This document shows, piece after piece, positions 25,831 through 38,250 of a stretch of 64,000 bases of DNA. The position numbers and the translations under genes are program-made. The notes below the pieces were generated by a model that saw only the letters and a list, made by a program, of their open reading frames with translations, made no database searches and was not told where the DNA came from. The stretch's first letter is position 1. Each line of letters opens with the position of its first letter. This DNA comes from Camelus ferus (Eukaryota). Where the stretch lies: NCBI RefSeq assembly GCF_009834535.1, contig NC_045697.1, positions 102,426,001 through 102,490,000 of the forward strand, given 5' to 3'.

Positions 25831-26377
25831 AAAAAACAAACCCTAACAATGTTTCTTCCTGTAACCAATATTGGTGCTGGTCATGGTTAATATTTTCTCA
25901 AAATCTCCAGCATGGAAAATGCCTTTCAGTGTTTCCAGACAGAAGGCAGCTTTGCAATGTGAAACTGAAATGGTTAACTAAATGTTGGTATCACAGAACT
26001 TTCAACTGTTGGGTGAGCTATAGCTTAGACATATGGGAAGACTTGTATTTGGGAAGAAATATCCAAATAATATTTCTAAGTGATGGGCTCTGAGCCATCA
26101 ATTAAAACAAATTAAATATTCTAAGAATCACTGCATGCTGTTCCCTGACTATAAGATCCCAGAAGTTTTCTGTGGACAAAAGGAGCAATAAAATGCCAAA
26201 GATAGTAAAGGTGAAAATGTCATCAAAGCAGAAGTGGACAGTTCCTGGAACACTATATGTAGTACTGATGGCTTGCTGATCTTCTTAAAAATAAAGGAAA
26301 ATAGAGCATTCTTGGGGATTGGGAGGCTTATGAAAATAAACTTTGGAAAGCAGGATTCTTTCTCACAGGTGCAAAAT

Positions 26378-26570
26378 TAAAATAATAATCCATGTCCTAT
26401 GTCTTAACCGTGAGCTGGGCAGTATGTTAAATTCTTTCAATACCTTATCCCATTCAGTCCTCCCAACAGGACTAGGAGGGAGGCATTCTCCCCATCTTGT
26501 TACCACAGGGAAGAGCAGAGCAGGGACCCCAGGGTGGGCCTGTCTGCCTCCTGAACACATGCTCTTAGTG
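26378..26570 (-). mobile_element. MIR
   Basis: CTTATCCCATTCAGTCCTCCCAACAG..AGCAGAGCAGGGACCC..CTGTCTGCCTCC..CATGCTCTT. Confidence 0.6.
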
Positions 26571-26687
26571 GTCAGCATCTTTAGGCTGTGGAAACTAGCA
26601 ACATGGACTTGTCTACACATATCTCCAACAAATATTGATTGAGGGCACTATGCTGGGCACTGAAAGGTAACTTCAGAATTGATTTCT

Positions 26688-26859
26688 TTTTTTTTTTTAA
26701 TTTTTTTTTGAAGAGTAATTTTTATTTATTTAGTTTTTGGGGGGTAGGGGTAGCTACGTTTATTTATTTATTTATTTTTAAAGGAGGTGCTGGGGATTGA
26801 ACCCAGGACCTTGTGCATGCTAAGCATGTGCTCTACCACTTGAGCTGTACCCTCCCTCC
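26688..26859 (-). mobile_element. tRNA-Ala-derived camelid SINE (vic-1 type)
   Basis: Minus strand GGGTACAGCTCAAGTGGTAGAGCACATGCTTAGCATGCACAAGGTCCTGGGTTCAATCCCCAGCACCTCC plus A-rich tail; perfect 14-bp TSD CAGAATTGATTTCT (26674-26687, 26860-26873). Confidence 0.92.
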
Positions 26860-28366
26860 CAGAATTGATTTCTAAGGGCAGAAAGGAATGCTTGGTGTCG
26901 GCATTCTCAGCTTTTTTTTGGACTGAACTTATGTAGGACAAGCATGCTTTAAAAACAGAAGCCTTCACTTGGACTGTCATAGTAAGCAGGATAAACCACA
27001 AATCTGACCCATGTCCTTCTGTCTAAATGTAACCCATGTACATTTTGAGAGGTGGAACATGTGGACCATGGGTACGGTTTTCTGAACACTTGAGGAAAAT
27101 AGCAATAGGTCATGATTTTGGAATAGTAAGATGCTGCCTACTTTTTAAATGTGAAATCTGCTGGGTTTCATTATATATTTACTCCTATATTCCTGATGAC
27201 TAACAAAATAATTCTAGAGCTGGTTTATTTTCTACTGAGACTGATCTTATATTAGGAATGTTTCCTAATCTTTATCTTCAAGTTTCTCCATCCTCTCTCT
27301 CATGACGTCGACTTTGGGATTATTGTAATGTGCCCTCTATAGAGCCTGGGAAGAGAGCATTAATTTTTCCTTAAGAACGTGTGAAAGAGAAGGATTATGC
27401 GGGGGGAGGAGATGTTCTTAAAAGCATTGTACTCTATATGAGCTATAAAACATTCTTTAAAACACTGTATTCTATACGAGCTATAAAAACATCAGGATAT
27501 TTTCCATCGTTAAATATTCTCTTGTAAAGAAGTTAATTTCATCAATTGAATTTGATCCTAGCTGACAAAATTTTCCAACTTGGAAATTTCATGTGTGGGT
27601 AACCCGCTTATTTGGAAAATAATGGCTTTATGTTTACCAGCTGCCAAAAGCCTAAGTGTAGAACAACAGAGTCCCCGAGGGACGCTCCAGCTCCAGTCAT
27701 TACGAAGGTGAGGCTGGAGCCCAGGAGGGAGGAAACAGAATGCACTGCACATGAGCATGACCTAGTGGCTGGTTCACTGAGTGGCATTTATGGCAGTAAG
27801 AAAAGGCTACTTGTCTGTTTTCCAAGTGTCAGGGTAAGGGTTGTGTATGCAGCTGCTGTTCACGGAGAGGTGAAGGGCAGGAAGGAAGGGATTCTCAGGA
27901 AGAAAGCGTCAGTACGAGACGGACATTCACAGTCTCTTAATATTAAGCAATGGGGTTCCCCCCACCACTGCCTTCAGGAACCGGCACCCATCAAAAACAG
28001 TTCTTTGCATAAGTAAACAGAACGCTCTTACTGATTCTTCACAAGGAACCCAAAATGATAAACTTTGCCTCATACTGGCTCCCAACTCATTGTGCAGAGT
28101 TTATTTAGACTGTGAGACACTTAACAGAGCTCACCAGGGGAAGCATGACTTGCCATATACACTTCATCTGGGGATCACTGGCCAGTGTGCAGTTATATTG
28201 CTAAATGCTGTAATATATAAGTGGAATGCATCAACCATAGAGAAAATGTAAAAAGGTTATGTTGTATTTTATAGCTAAACATATATCATATATATAATGA
28301 CATATTATAAATGTATATATTATACTTTATAAATATATAATATTAATATTAAATATTATTTATTAT

Positions 28367-28367
<1 letters not shown>

Positions 28368-28401
<34 letters not shown>

Positions 28402-28402
28402 G
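28368..28402 (+). repeat. (TG)n(TA)n compound microsatellite in an AT-rich tract
   Basis: Directly visible. Confidence 0.9.
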
Positions 28403-29029
28403 CCTAAGCCCCTCAGCAGTCCTTCAATAACATGGCTTTGCATGCTTGTCGACATTTCGATTAAAGTTGACTACACGGCAAATTATCTGCAGCCCTTTTT
28501 ATAAACTCTCAGTGATAAGTGTTTCATCTTAAACACAGGATTACTGCTATAATAGTTAATACTTTGTTCTCATTCGATTTTATAGAACTAGACATTTCTT
28601 ACCCAGAATTGTGAACTTACTACCTATAACCAGTCTCAGTAATTTGGGGGGAAAAAATAAGACCGGAGATGCTAATGTTACAGCTCTGCTCAAGAAAAAA
28701 AAAAGGTTAAGATTCAAATGCCTTCTTTGAAAATGATACTGCATAAATTCTCTTCATGAAGCTTATCTGTATACATTTAAATAATTGTTTGGTCATCTTA
28801 CCTACATACTCAAATGTGTTATTAAGTAGTAAACCCATGATCAGCTAGGAGATTTTTTTAAGCGATCACAGCTCTGATTAGAAGTGAAAGAGGCGACAGT
28901 GAACGTATAGGGTGAGGTATGATTTAACAAAAGGAGGATTGGACAAGGCGTACAGAGACCCGGGTTCTAGTCTCCACTAAGTTACAGATATCCTGTGTGA
29001 TCCAGGCCCTCTGTTTCCTATTCTCAGAC

Positions 29030-29621
29030 TGAAATGGGAGGGAAGGGGGCAGGGCACAACCACCCAAGGAATGACACAGCAGTTGAGGACAGGACAGACT
29101 GGTTAGAACCGAGATGGTGGAAGATTCGACTTCCAGTAGACCCTGAGCCTCGTGGCACACCCACGGCACCGTGACAGTTCCTAGGCTGACCATAAAAGAT
29201 CAAAAAGTAGGCGGTGGGGGCAGTTCCCTGGAAAATCCTGGCCCCTTCCCCAGAGCTGGAATAATCCTCCCACTCATTAGCATATGAAATTACCAAGCCC
29301 ATAAAACCTAACAACTCCACACCTGGTGGTCACTCTCTCCCTCTTGCCTTCTGAGATGGCCTGCACTCTGTCTGTGGAGTGTGTATCTGCTTTTACTTTA
29401 AACTAAATACCCTCACACCTCTTGGTCTTGCTCCCTCTCACTTTTCTGAGATGGCCCACATTCTGCCTACGGATGTGTATCTCCTAAGCCATTTTCCCTT
29501 CTGAGTGAGACAGACCACACTCTGTCTGTAGGGTGAGTATCTCTAAATAAACTTGCTTTCACTTTACCATGCCTTGCTCTTGAATTCTTTCCTGCAAGAG
29601 GCAAGAACCTATTCTCCCACA
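29030..29621 (+). mobile_element. MER41-like ERV1 solo LTR
   Basis: TG...CA ends; AGAC/AGAG flanks; blocks GTGACAGTT, GAATAATCC..TTAGCATAT..CCATAAAA and AATAAACTTGCTTTCACTTTAC..GAATTCTTTCCTGC..CAAGAACC match the recalled MER41 architecture; appears to interrupt a MIR. Confidence 0.8.
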
Positions 29622-29655
29622 AGAGCGTTGTAGGAGGGGAAGATTCATAAAGTGC

Positions 29656-29920
29656 TGTATTAGCTAGAATCATTTATGTTGCAGGACAGAAAAACCCAGC
29701 TTGAATTAGCTTAAAGGATAGGGAGTCTCTGATTATGGGGTGTGAGGGGATCCAGAGCAGGGCAGGCTTTTCTGTTGGACTCAGACTCCACCTCAGTGAT
29801 GTTGCTGGGGACCTGCTTCTCTCCATCTCTCCATCTCTCCATCTCTCCACCCACAGAGAGATAGCTTCACCCTTGGCCTGTCCATTCTCATGATCTAGGT
29901 GCCAACATTTGAGGAGACGC
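29656..29920 (-). mobile_element. Old MLT1 (K/L/M-type) LTR fragment
   Basis: TGTATTAGCTAGAATC..GTTGCAGGACAGAAAAACCCAGCTTGAATTAGCTTAA. Confidence 0.6.
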
Positions 29921-30304
29921 ATTCAGAGATGATGTTTTTGCCTTATGCTTAAAGCAAAATACTTGCATTTTTACTCCAATTAGATGAATAGGGTCTGCTA
30001 CCACAGAAGTGCCTCTTCTGTGTGGGCACAAGGTGCCTGCCCCCTAAAAACGTAACATTTATTAGAGAGAGGAGAAGGAAAAAAATGGATGCTATGTAGA
30101 TAATCCATAAATATCCAGTGCAGTTTTCGGTTTTTTTGGGGTTTTTTTTTGATGAATTTTGACCTTCTATTCTAAGTTTCTTGGGCCTCACTGAGTTTAT
30201 TCATTGATTTAACAAGCATTTATTTAGAACCTAAGTCATGGCTCCTGACCTGTTCCCAAAGAGATTACAGTCTGGTTAGAGGCAAAGATAAGAGACAAAA
30301 TTCT

Positions 30305-30453
30305 CTTTCTATTCTCACCCCCCCCCCTTTTTTTTGATGGGGGGTAGTTAGGTTTACTTATTTATCTGTTTCTTTGAGGAGGGACTGGGGATTGAATCTG
30401 GGACCTTGGGTATGCAAAGCATGTGCTTTACTACTTGAGCTACACCCTCCCCT
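30305..30453 (-). mobile_element. tRNA-Ala-derived camelid SINE (vic-1 type)
   Basis: Homologous to 26688-26859; TSD GACAAAATTCT (30294-30304, 30454-30464). Confidence 0.88.
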
Positions 30454-30704
30454 GACAAAATTCTTTCAATAATCAAAGGAAAGATTATATGAAAATAGAT
30501 AAATCAGAAACAAAATGGGTGTGGGGGAGATATGGAGTAGGAAATGAGGGAGAGGGTAAGGCAGCAATCTGAGGAACATGGAGACAGAAAGTGGTTAAAG
30601 AACAGGCTGGATGCGGAACGAGCAGAAAAAGACACACAGAAGATTGTAGGGGTTAGACTGCGAAGGCCCTTTGTGTACTAGTCTGGTAAGACTGGATTTG
30701 GTCT

Positions 30705-31182
30705 GTAGTATATATACACATATAAAATAGAATACTACTCAGCCATAAAAAAAGAATGAAATAATGCCATTTGTAGCAACATGGATGGACTTAGAGATGA
30801 TCACACTAAGTGAAGTAAGCCAGACAAAGACATACACCATATGTTATCATTTATATGTGGAATCTAAAAAATATGACACAAATAAACCTATTTACAAAAC
30901 AGAAACAGACTCACAGACATTTAAACAAACTACTGTTACCAGGGTGAGAAGTGGGAGAAGGGTTAGATGGGAGTTTGGGATTTGCAGATAATAATTATTA
31001 TATATAAAACAGATAAACAACAAGGCCCTACTGTACAGCACAGGGAACTATATTCAATATCTTGTAGTAACCTATAATGAAAAAGAATATATATGTGTGT
31101 GTATGTGTAACTGAGTCACTAACTATGCTGTACATCAGAGACTAACACAACACTGTAAATCGATTATACTTCAAAAATAAAA
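30705..31182 (+). mobile_element. LINE-1 3' end, 5'-truncated
   Basis: Peptide MPFVATWMDLEMITLSEVSQT; ACAGCACAGGGAACTATATTCAATATCTTGTA; TATACTTCAAAAATAAAA. Confidence 0.92.
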
Positions 31183-32271
31183 CCAACAATGCTGACCAAT
31201 GCAGAAAAGGAGCCACTGGTCTGCAAAGCTCTCCATGCAGTGGGGTACCACGCAGAGGGACTAAGAAGGGCTCTCACAACTAACTCTTTGTTCCCTGGGC
31301 TCTAAAACAATGCACAAAGTAAGACTTTACAAAAATAATTCCCTCAACTGCTTCCCATTTAACGACAGGTGTTCAAATCTATTTCAGGGGACAGGTTGGA
31401 TCCAAACACCATGACATTCCATCGCCCCCACCCTCCTCAAAATTCTTATACACATAAAATCCCTGCCCTGTGCCTCCAGCAACAAAGCCTTCATCCACAT
31501 CAAGTCACAGATGGAGACTCAGGGGGAAGGAGGTTAGCCTTATAAACTCCCAGTATATGGGTGCTTCCACAGATTAATTTACCACTTATCTACAGTCCAG
31601 TGCTTGGCACATCAAAGGCCTTAAGTGTTACTCATTGGATACATGCACAAGTAAACAGACTAGGGGGGTGGACTGGAGACAGGAGAGGACCGTGATTCAG
31701 AGACAAACAGCCTGTTGGAACAGTCCTTGAGCACTATGCTAGGGACAGCAGCAGATGAGGCCAATTTTGAGAAATACTTCTGAGACACAATCACCAAATA
31801 CCTGCAAACAAATTCTCCTCTCACATCTTTCAGGAAGAAAGAGGGTTGGAAAAAATAGACGTTAAGTAGACAGCCAACAAATGTCCAAAACAAGTTTTTA
31901 TTTTTAAATTTTTATTTATTTTTTAAAACTAATTTTGACCTTGTACAGTCCTGAATTCCTTGGTCCTTATCAAATATATGGAAAGCCAAGAGTCATCCAC
32001 ATTGTGAGCCTCCCCTAGGAGAACTGGTGCTCGGAAACTTACACTCTAGAAAGCCTTCAGGAAAGCAGAGGTCCACATAACTGAAGCAGAGCCAGTAAGA
32101 AGTTTCAAAGAGATTTCCTATGTGGAAGTGTTGCACATGGGAAACTTAGGAGGTTGGGTTACAGAACCAAGAATTTAAAACCCAGAAGATGAGAAAAAAC
32201 ACTTAGAAAAAGTAGCTAGAGTGGAATGCTTGAGTAGATTGTCTAGATTTAAATAATAATGACCATAAAAA

Positions 32272-32450
32272 TAGTAAAAATCAATTGCTATCTTTTCTTG
32301 CATCCTAATGCCTGCCAGGCAGTATACCACCTGCTTTGTATATGACACTACATTTATTTCTCACATCTTGTATGTGAGGCAAATATTATTATTCTACTAG
32401 AGACAGAAGTTGAGACTCAGAAAGATGAAGACTCTTGTACAAAGATGATG
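32272..32450 (-). mobile_element. MIR
   Basis: GCCAGGCAGT..TTTCTCACA..TATTATTATTCTAC..GAGACTCAGAAAGATGAAG. Confidence 0.55.
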
Positions 32451-32949
32451 TCAGATATGGGACTTTTTTTTACTTCAAAATATGATCCTGTTTGTGTGAC
32501 TTTTATCTTCAGTCTTTAGATGCTAAGAAAATTTAAATTGCTATCAGTTTAGAAAAACAAATAATTGCTAAATGCAATAATTTCTATATTATCTCTTTTC
32601 AAGCAATCAACTCAAAGTAATTCACTAGGTATAATCCGTGTCTGATTCCAAAAAAAGTGAAAATACCACTTCGATACATACATTTTTTCTTTCTCATGTA
32701 TCCTTCCTTCACAGATGCCTTTTTAAAAAAGAGACCACTTGGGTATCATAAGTGGTTCCATCACACTTATATCCCTAATTCAGAAAGATAGGACTTGCCC
32801 TCCTGTTGACCCTGAGTTTTCAAATTCACCAGCAAAATATATGTGCACGAAGCTGATCGTGAATTACTTCTGTTCCTACAACCAAACCTTATGTAGTTTT
32901 TCAAATCCCCTATACTATTCAAGTATTCTTTAGGAATATAAAAAGCTAT

Positions 32950-33808
32950 TAAATAGGTTCTGGTACCAATGCCAACATGAGGGAAGGGTGTTCCTCACAC
33001 TGACAAGCAGTTCTTTGGACACTAGCTGAGTGTCCTACAATTCAACTCAATTCTGACTCCATCTACCCGGAGATAGCATCATATCCACACATGCTAAGGG
33101 TTCAGTCCTACAGGACCACCCTCCGTCCCTACCTCTGGTGCCAGTCTCAAGCCCAGGTTGTTACCTGTGCCTCTGAATGACTGGCTATAGGTTGAAGTTC
33201 CCAAGATCCCCTCCTTGAGTTCAAGTAATTTGCTAGAGTGGCTCACAGAACTCAGAGAAAGCTTTTACTTACTAGGCCACCAGTTTATTAGGAAAAGAGT
33301 TATAACTCAGGAACAGCCAGACAGAAGAGATAAACAGGGCAAGTATGGGGAAAGGGTGTGGAATGTCTAATCTCTCGAGGTGTATCACTCTCCCCAAATC
33401 TCCAAATGCTCACCAGCCCAGAAGCTCTCACAACCCTGTCCTTTGGGTTTTTATTTAGACTTCATTACAAAGGCATGAGTAACTGAATCACTGGCCACTA
33501 GTGATTGATCCAACCTCCAGCCCCTCTCCCTTCCCCAATGTCAGGGGGTGGGACGGAAAGTCCCAACACTCTAATCGCATGATCTCACTAATCTACTGGC
33601 AACCAGCCCCCATCCTTAGGAGCTTTCTGAAGTTCCCCTTATTAATGTAACAAAAGACACCTTTACTACTCTCAACACTTAGGAAACTCCAAGGGTTTGG
33701 AAAGCTATGAGTCAGGAACTGTGGACAAAGACCAAACGTATATATGAGAAATAAACTTTGGTCATCTGAATGATCAAATATGTATTTCTTGTAAATCATA
33801 ATATCATG
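32950..33808 (-). mobile_element. MER21-type ERVL solo LTR
   Basis: GACACTAGCTGAGTGTCCTACAATTCAACTCAATTCTGAC..ATCTACCCGGAGATAGCATCA..GGAACAGCCAGA..GTAAATCATAATATCA; 5-bp TSD GCTAT (32945-32949, 33809-33813). Confidence 0.85.
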
Positions 33809-36800
33809 GCTATTTCACACAGAAATTCAAAACTACATGGTAGAGAAATGTAAGAGCAGTTAATAGTCTTGACATTCAATGTGAATCAAAGAAACAAGAG
33901 TTTCTCACTTTATACATCAGATCTCACTTCAGGTGTCAGATCTGTATCAAGACTCTTAATTGAGCAAATTTACAGGTTATTATCAAGGGAGATAAAGCAG
34001 TGTAGACCCATAAACGCAGGATTTGATTTGACTGCAAGAGTGAGATCTCGAATTCCTTGTCAATAATACAGTGAAACTAACAATCCATTGAACTACGCTA
34101 CCTTCTGGAGGAATAAGAAGTGAGTGGTTTATTATTTTCAGGAAAAGGTACTTTGATGATGCACACTTTCCTTCTCAGGTATAAATCACCTTTAGCTTTC
34201 CAAATCGCTACTGCCTCCAAACTAAGATTCTAAAGCAGGTGGAGTAAAGGATCAGACCGAGGACCCGGGACTATGAGCCAAAAGCCAGACACAGATGGGT
34301 GTGAGCTGAATGAATACTTAGTTTTTTTAATACACAGGTGAACTGAGGCTCTGGGAATTTGGGGGCTCCCGGGAAGACATAATTTTGGATCAGAGAAGTT
34401 TCTAGAAAATCATTCTGCTTTGCAACCACTGCAGAGAGGAGAATTCCTTAAGATGTTGGAACCCACTTGAGCAGAGTGAACACTTTCAGAATCGCATAAA
34501 ACTAAATTTTCCTCAGTGTCCTGTGTGACTCTGAATGGCTACAATTCTCTAGAGCCCTGAATTTTCTCCTGTGCGTTCAAAACACCTGGAGATGATGTTC
34601 TTTTGGAAGAGGAGAAGGCCAATGTCAAAACAAAGCCCCAGAGTAGCTGTGCATTCCTGGAATCTCCATGGAGATTCCATAAGTGTCATGGAGTTGAGCA
34701 ATTTGGACCCATTACGCAGGGAACCCAGGGGTCCAGCCTCTGACCTTCAGACCCTGGGGCAGGTCCACTGATTGACTCAGGAGCAAACTGTCCATGTTAC
34801 TAGACATCATTTTTATGTCTCAGCTTGATGTGCAACAAAAGACATTGGGTTATGGTTCTATTCCAAAAAAGAGATCTTGTTAACTCACTGCCTAATTCCA
34901 AGTTAGAAATGCACAAATCTCTTTCCAAATGGGAGGTTGGTGGTGTGTAACCTTGGGATAACTTCGATGGTCCCAAAGATGAAGGCCAACTGAGATTTGA
35001 GTTTCATCTTCTGGAAAACTATTCAGCCATGTACATCAGGCTGCAGTTTGAAAGCCAAACAAGTAGTAAAGAAAAAGGGAAGAATTTTAAAGGAGAATGA
35101 AACAACCACAACAGGGTAAATAATCCTGAATCACAAATGAAAACGCTCCCCTTGGCAGAGACACAAAGGTAATATTTTCACTAGAATGAATAGTCCTAGA
35201 AAAATCTGTTCTCCAATATCAGACACCACCAGGCCTTTCCTTCCATATGAGACGTGAATGTCTCCTTTTTCCACTTCATCTTTTTCAGTTATCCAAACAA
35301 AATTCTAGCAGCAGAAAAAATAATGAATTTAGCACATTTAGGTCCAGTATTTCCTCATTAATGTATTAACTCTCTGGCAGTAGTCAAACTGGGCACTCTG
35401 ACTCCAGAATATTTCCTTTTCTTTTATCACCTTTAGAATTCCAATGTCACTGAATAACTAATTATATTCTACTTACTTTTGTACCAGGGCAAGAAGCAGA
35501 CACCTTAAGAGCACATTAATTCCATCCTACTGAAACTTTGGGAGGCTTTGTATAGTACAGGGGCAGACTGCTGTTTAAAATATTCTTCTTCTTTTTTTTA
35601 ATGTGTGTCAGAACACTTTAACTTCAACCACTCTGCTAAGAGGCTGTTGTTTTAGTTCAAAGTGTACACAAAGGAGAGGATCACCATGTATGAACTAATA
35701 TTTGCTTAACTGTCTTTATTTCCCCGGTGCTCTGCAATTCAAGTGCTCTGTACCCCTTTCTTTAGCAGTCATGACGGTAAGTGAAGAAAAATTGTGTTGT
35801 TCCGGAGGCCAGCGTATGCCAAAGGGTTTAGTATTTGGCCTCGTGTTTCTCACAACTATGTGTTAAATGATGCCTTTGCTTGCATGGAGGCTAAGGAGGG
35901 AGCAGCCCTGGGGGTTAGATCAGGTAAGTTCTCTGCCCCTGAGTTGCTGCTCCGTCCTCCAGAAGCCAGAGTACCCACGTCTCCTCCCTTACATAACAGT
36001 TTCGAAAATAAATAACTGCCACCCTGGGTGGTGGGTAAAAGTAAACTTAAAGGGAAAACCAACACCAACAAAAGGAAGAGAAAGAGACAGAGCCAGAAAC
36101 AGAAAACAGCGGAGAGAGTCAGAAGAGGAAGAGGAAGGGAAGGGAAAAGAGGTAGAAAATGGTCCCTGTAGGAAGATCCGGAAACGCACCTAGGGCCGCC
36201 AGTGCTGTCTGCTGTGGGCGGTGCTCGGGTGTGATCCAGTTGTCAATCATTCTCTCGCAAACGCAGAACACAACTGCAACACAGAACTGCAACGTCAAAG
36301 CTTGCAGCGGGGTGGAGAGCGCAAGAACATGGCGGTTCCCTGAACTTTGTACACCTCTGTGTTTGCAAAGGTTTCCAAGACTCTTCCCAGCCCTCCTTCC
36401 TCTGACCTTCATTTTATCCTTCCCTTGTCTCCTCATCGCTCTCTCTAGAGCCCACTACGTAGCGTCTCTAAAGGTGGGGATGGAGTCTAGATTGTGGAGG
36501 ACGACGATAGGGGAGACAGACAGTCGGCTTCTTGACACCTCCCGCACCTGCCTGCCAGCTCCTTTGTCCATCCTCCCACCCAGCTTCCCAGCCACCTTGC
36601 TTGCAGTTGCAGGCTTCCACATCACCAGTTCCAATGGTGGTAGCCCCCATCATTTCAAAACCCAGATTCCCAACATCACTCTGCCATTTTCTCCCCATTT
36701 CAGTAATGATTTTTCACCTGTCTAGAGCTCCTAAAGATCCAAACGTCATATCATTTTTATCCGCCTCTTCACTGCCATTGCTGCTTTGATCCCTGCAAGT

Positions 36801-38034
36801 AACCGCACTTAGAGAAAAGCTGTTTATTCTCTAGGTGCTTAGTAACAGCATTGCTTACAGGCTCATCAAAAGAATGTCTGTGTATCCTCGATCCCTGGAG
36901 GCACTCAACTTTTTTTTTCTTCAGTGTTGTTATACAATAAAGCTCTCTTTATAAGATTGTTTTTCAATTGAGTATTTGAAATAGAGAGGGGGAAGGCGAG
37001 TCCTATTTACCTTCACAGTTTCACACCCATTCATCTCTAGAGGGAGCATGTGTCTCTTTTGGACCACAGGGCATCGCAGAGCAGAGCCAGGAAGTACAAA
37101 GCGGTGTTCTCCTGCTGCCCATCCATAAACCATGCTCTGCATCCAGGGCCAAGGGAGGGGGTGGAGGTACCACTCCCCGCAGCAGCTAAGCCTGTGGTCT
37201 CTCCTCCAGGCCTCCCCAGGGAACAGAGCTTAGAACTATAGTTGATGTACCTCTGAACATAAGTGTTTTACTGTCCTTCTAAGACTGACACCCCCTATCC
37301 TGGCGTCCTTTTGGATTTCTCCCCTTTTAGAGGCCCCACTGAGACGTCTCTCGTCTCAGTCAACACAGCAGTTGTCTCTGGCTGGGCCCTCTAGGCAGTA
37401 AGTAGGTCGACTGGGACCAGAAAGTTCCAGCTGTTGCTTCTGCTTCTTGCTGCAGGTGGCAAGCAGGTTCCTGTGTGTGGTTCCCGTCAGGCTCTGCTGC
37501 TTATCACGGCATATCTCCCCTGGTTTGTTTCCTCTTCTTTCCCTCTGGACCCTGGCCCATTCCTACAAAAGTAAGAGCACTGTTTCTTCAACAAATAAAG
37601 GATTTCCTCTGCACTCTCACAGGTTTGGTAAAACTCCATTGCTTTCATATTTCTTTTCCCCACCTAGGAGCTCTTTCCAAAAAGCACTACACCACAAGTG
37701 CTACTGGATGGCGTACAATGCTAGGCTATTTTTTTTTTTTTTTTAATTTCATGTTGAGTACAAGCACTTGGCAAAACCTCAGGTTCGTAAGACCCAACAC
37801 CTGCCTGAGCTCTCACCAGGCTGTGGACCCAGTAATTCAGAGACTGCATATCTAAGTCCTTTTCTTTTATTTACTCTTTCATTACAAAAGAAATGCACAC
37901 GGAATCAAAACTATACAGCATTCGATTTTGCTCCTGGTTGGTTCATTCTCTTCTTTGGAGAAAGGATGTTGCAGAAATAGAATGAAAGACCAGGGTTTTG
38001 TTTTTTCTTTAATTTTTGAAATAATCTATAAATA

Positions 38035-38250
38035 CAGTAATCATTTACTGAGTGCTTACTTCAGGCACTGGTCTGAGCTTATATCCACCGCTTTATTTAG
38101 GGAAGTCAGTAATGTTATGAGGGTACCGCTACTGTCTCCATGTTACAGATTCCTAAATAGGTTCAGACTAAGTAACCTGATGAAGGTCTCAGACAAGAAA
38201 ATATCAAAGCAGAAGTATGAGTATAGATTTTACTGAATTCAAAACCTGTT
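38035..38250 (-). mobile_element. MIR
   Basis: CATTTACTGAGTGCTTACTTCAGGCACTG..TTACAGAT..AAGTAACCTG. Confidence 0.65.

Noticed and set aside
26790..26859. tRNA-Ala gene
   Set aside because: Has an A-rich tail, a TSD and stem mismatches, so it is a SINE; the same applies to the copies at 30305 and 54885
27430..27495. Near-tandem duplication of TCTATA(T/C)GAGCTATAAAA
   Set aside because: Two short AT-rich copies, consistent with ordinary slippage
29345..29545. Spaced repeats superficially like a CRISPR array
   Set aside because: Mammalian DNA, diverged repeats internal to an LTR, irregular spacing and no cas genes
36159..36725. 188-aa ORF, the longest in the window
   Set aside because: No recognisable domain; overlapping ORFs on both strands reflect locally higher GC content
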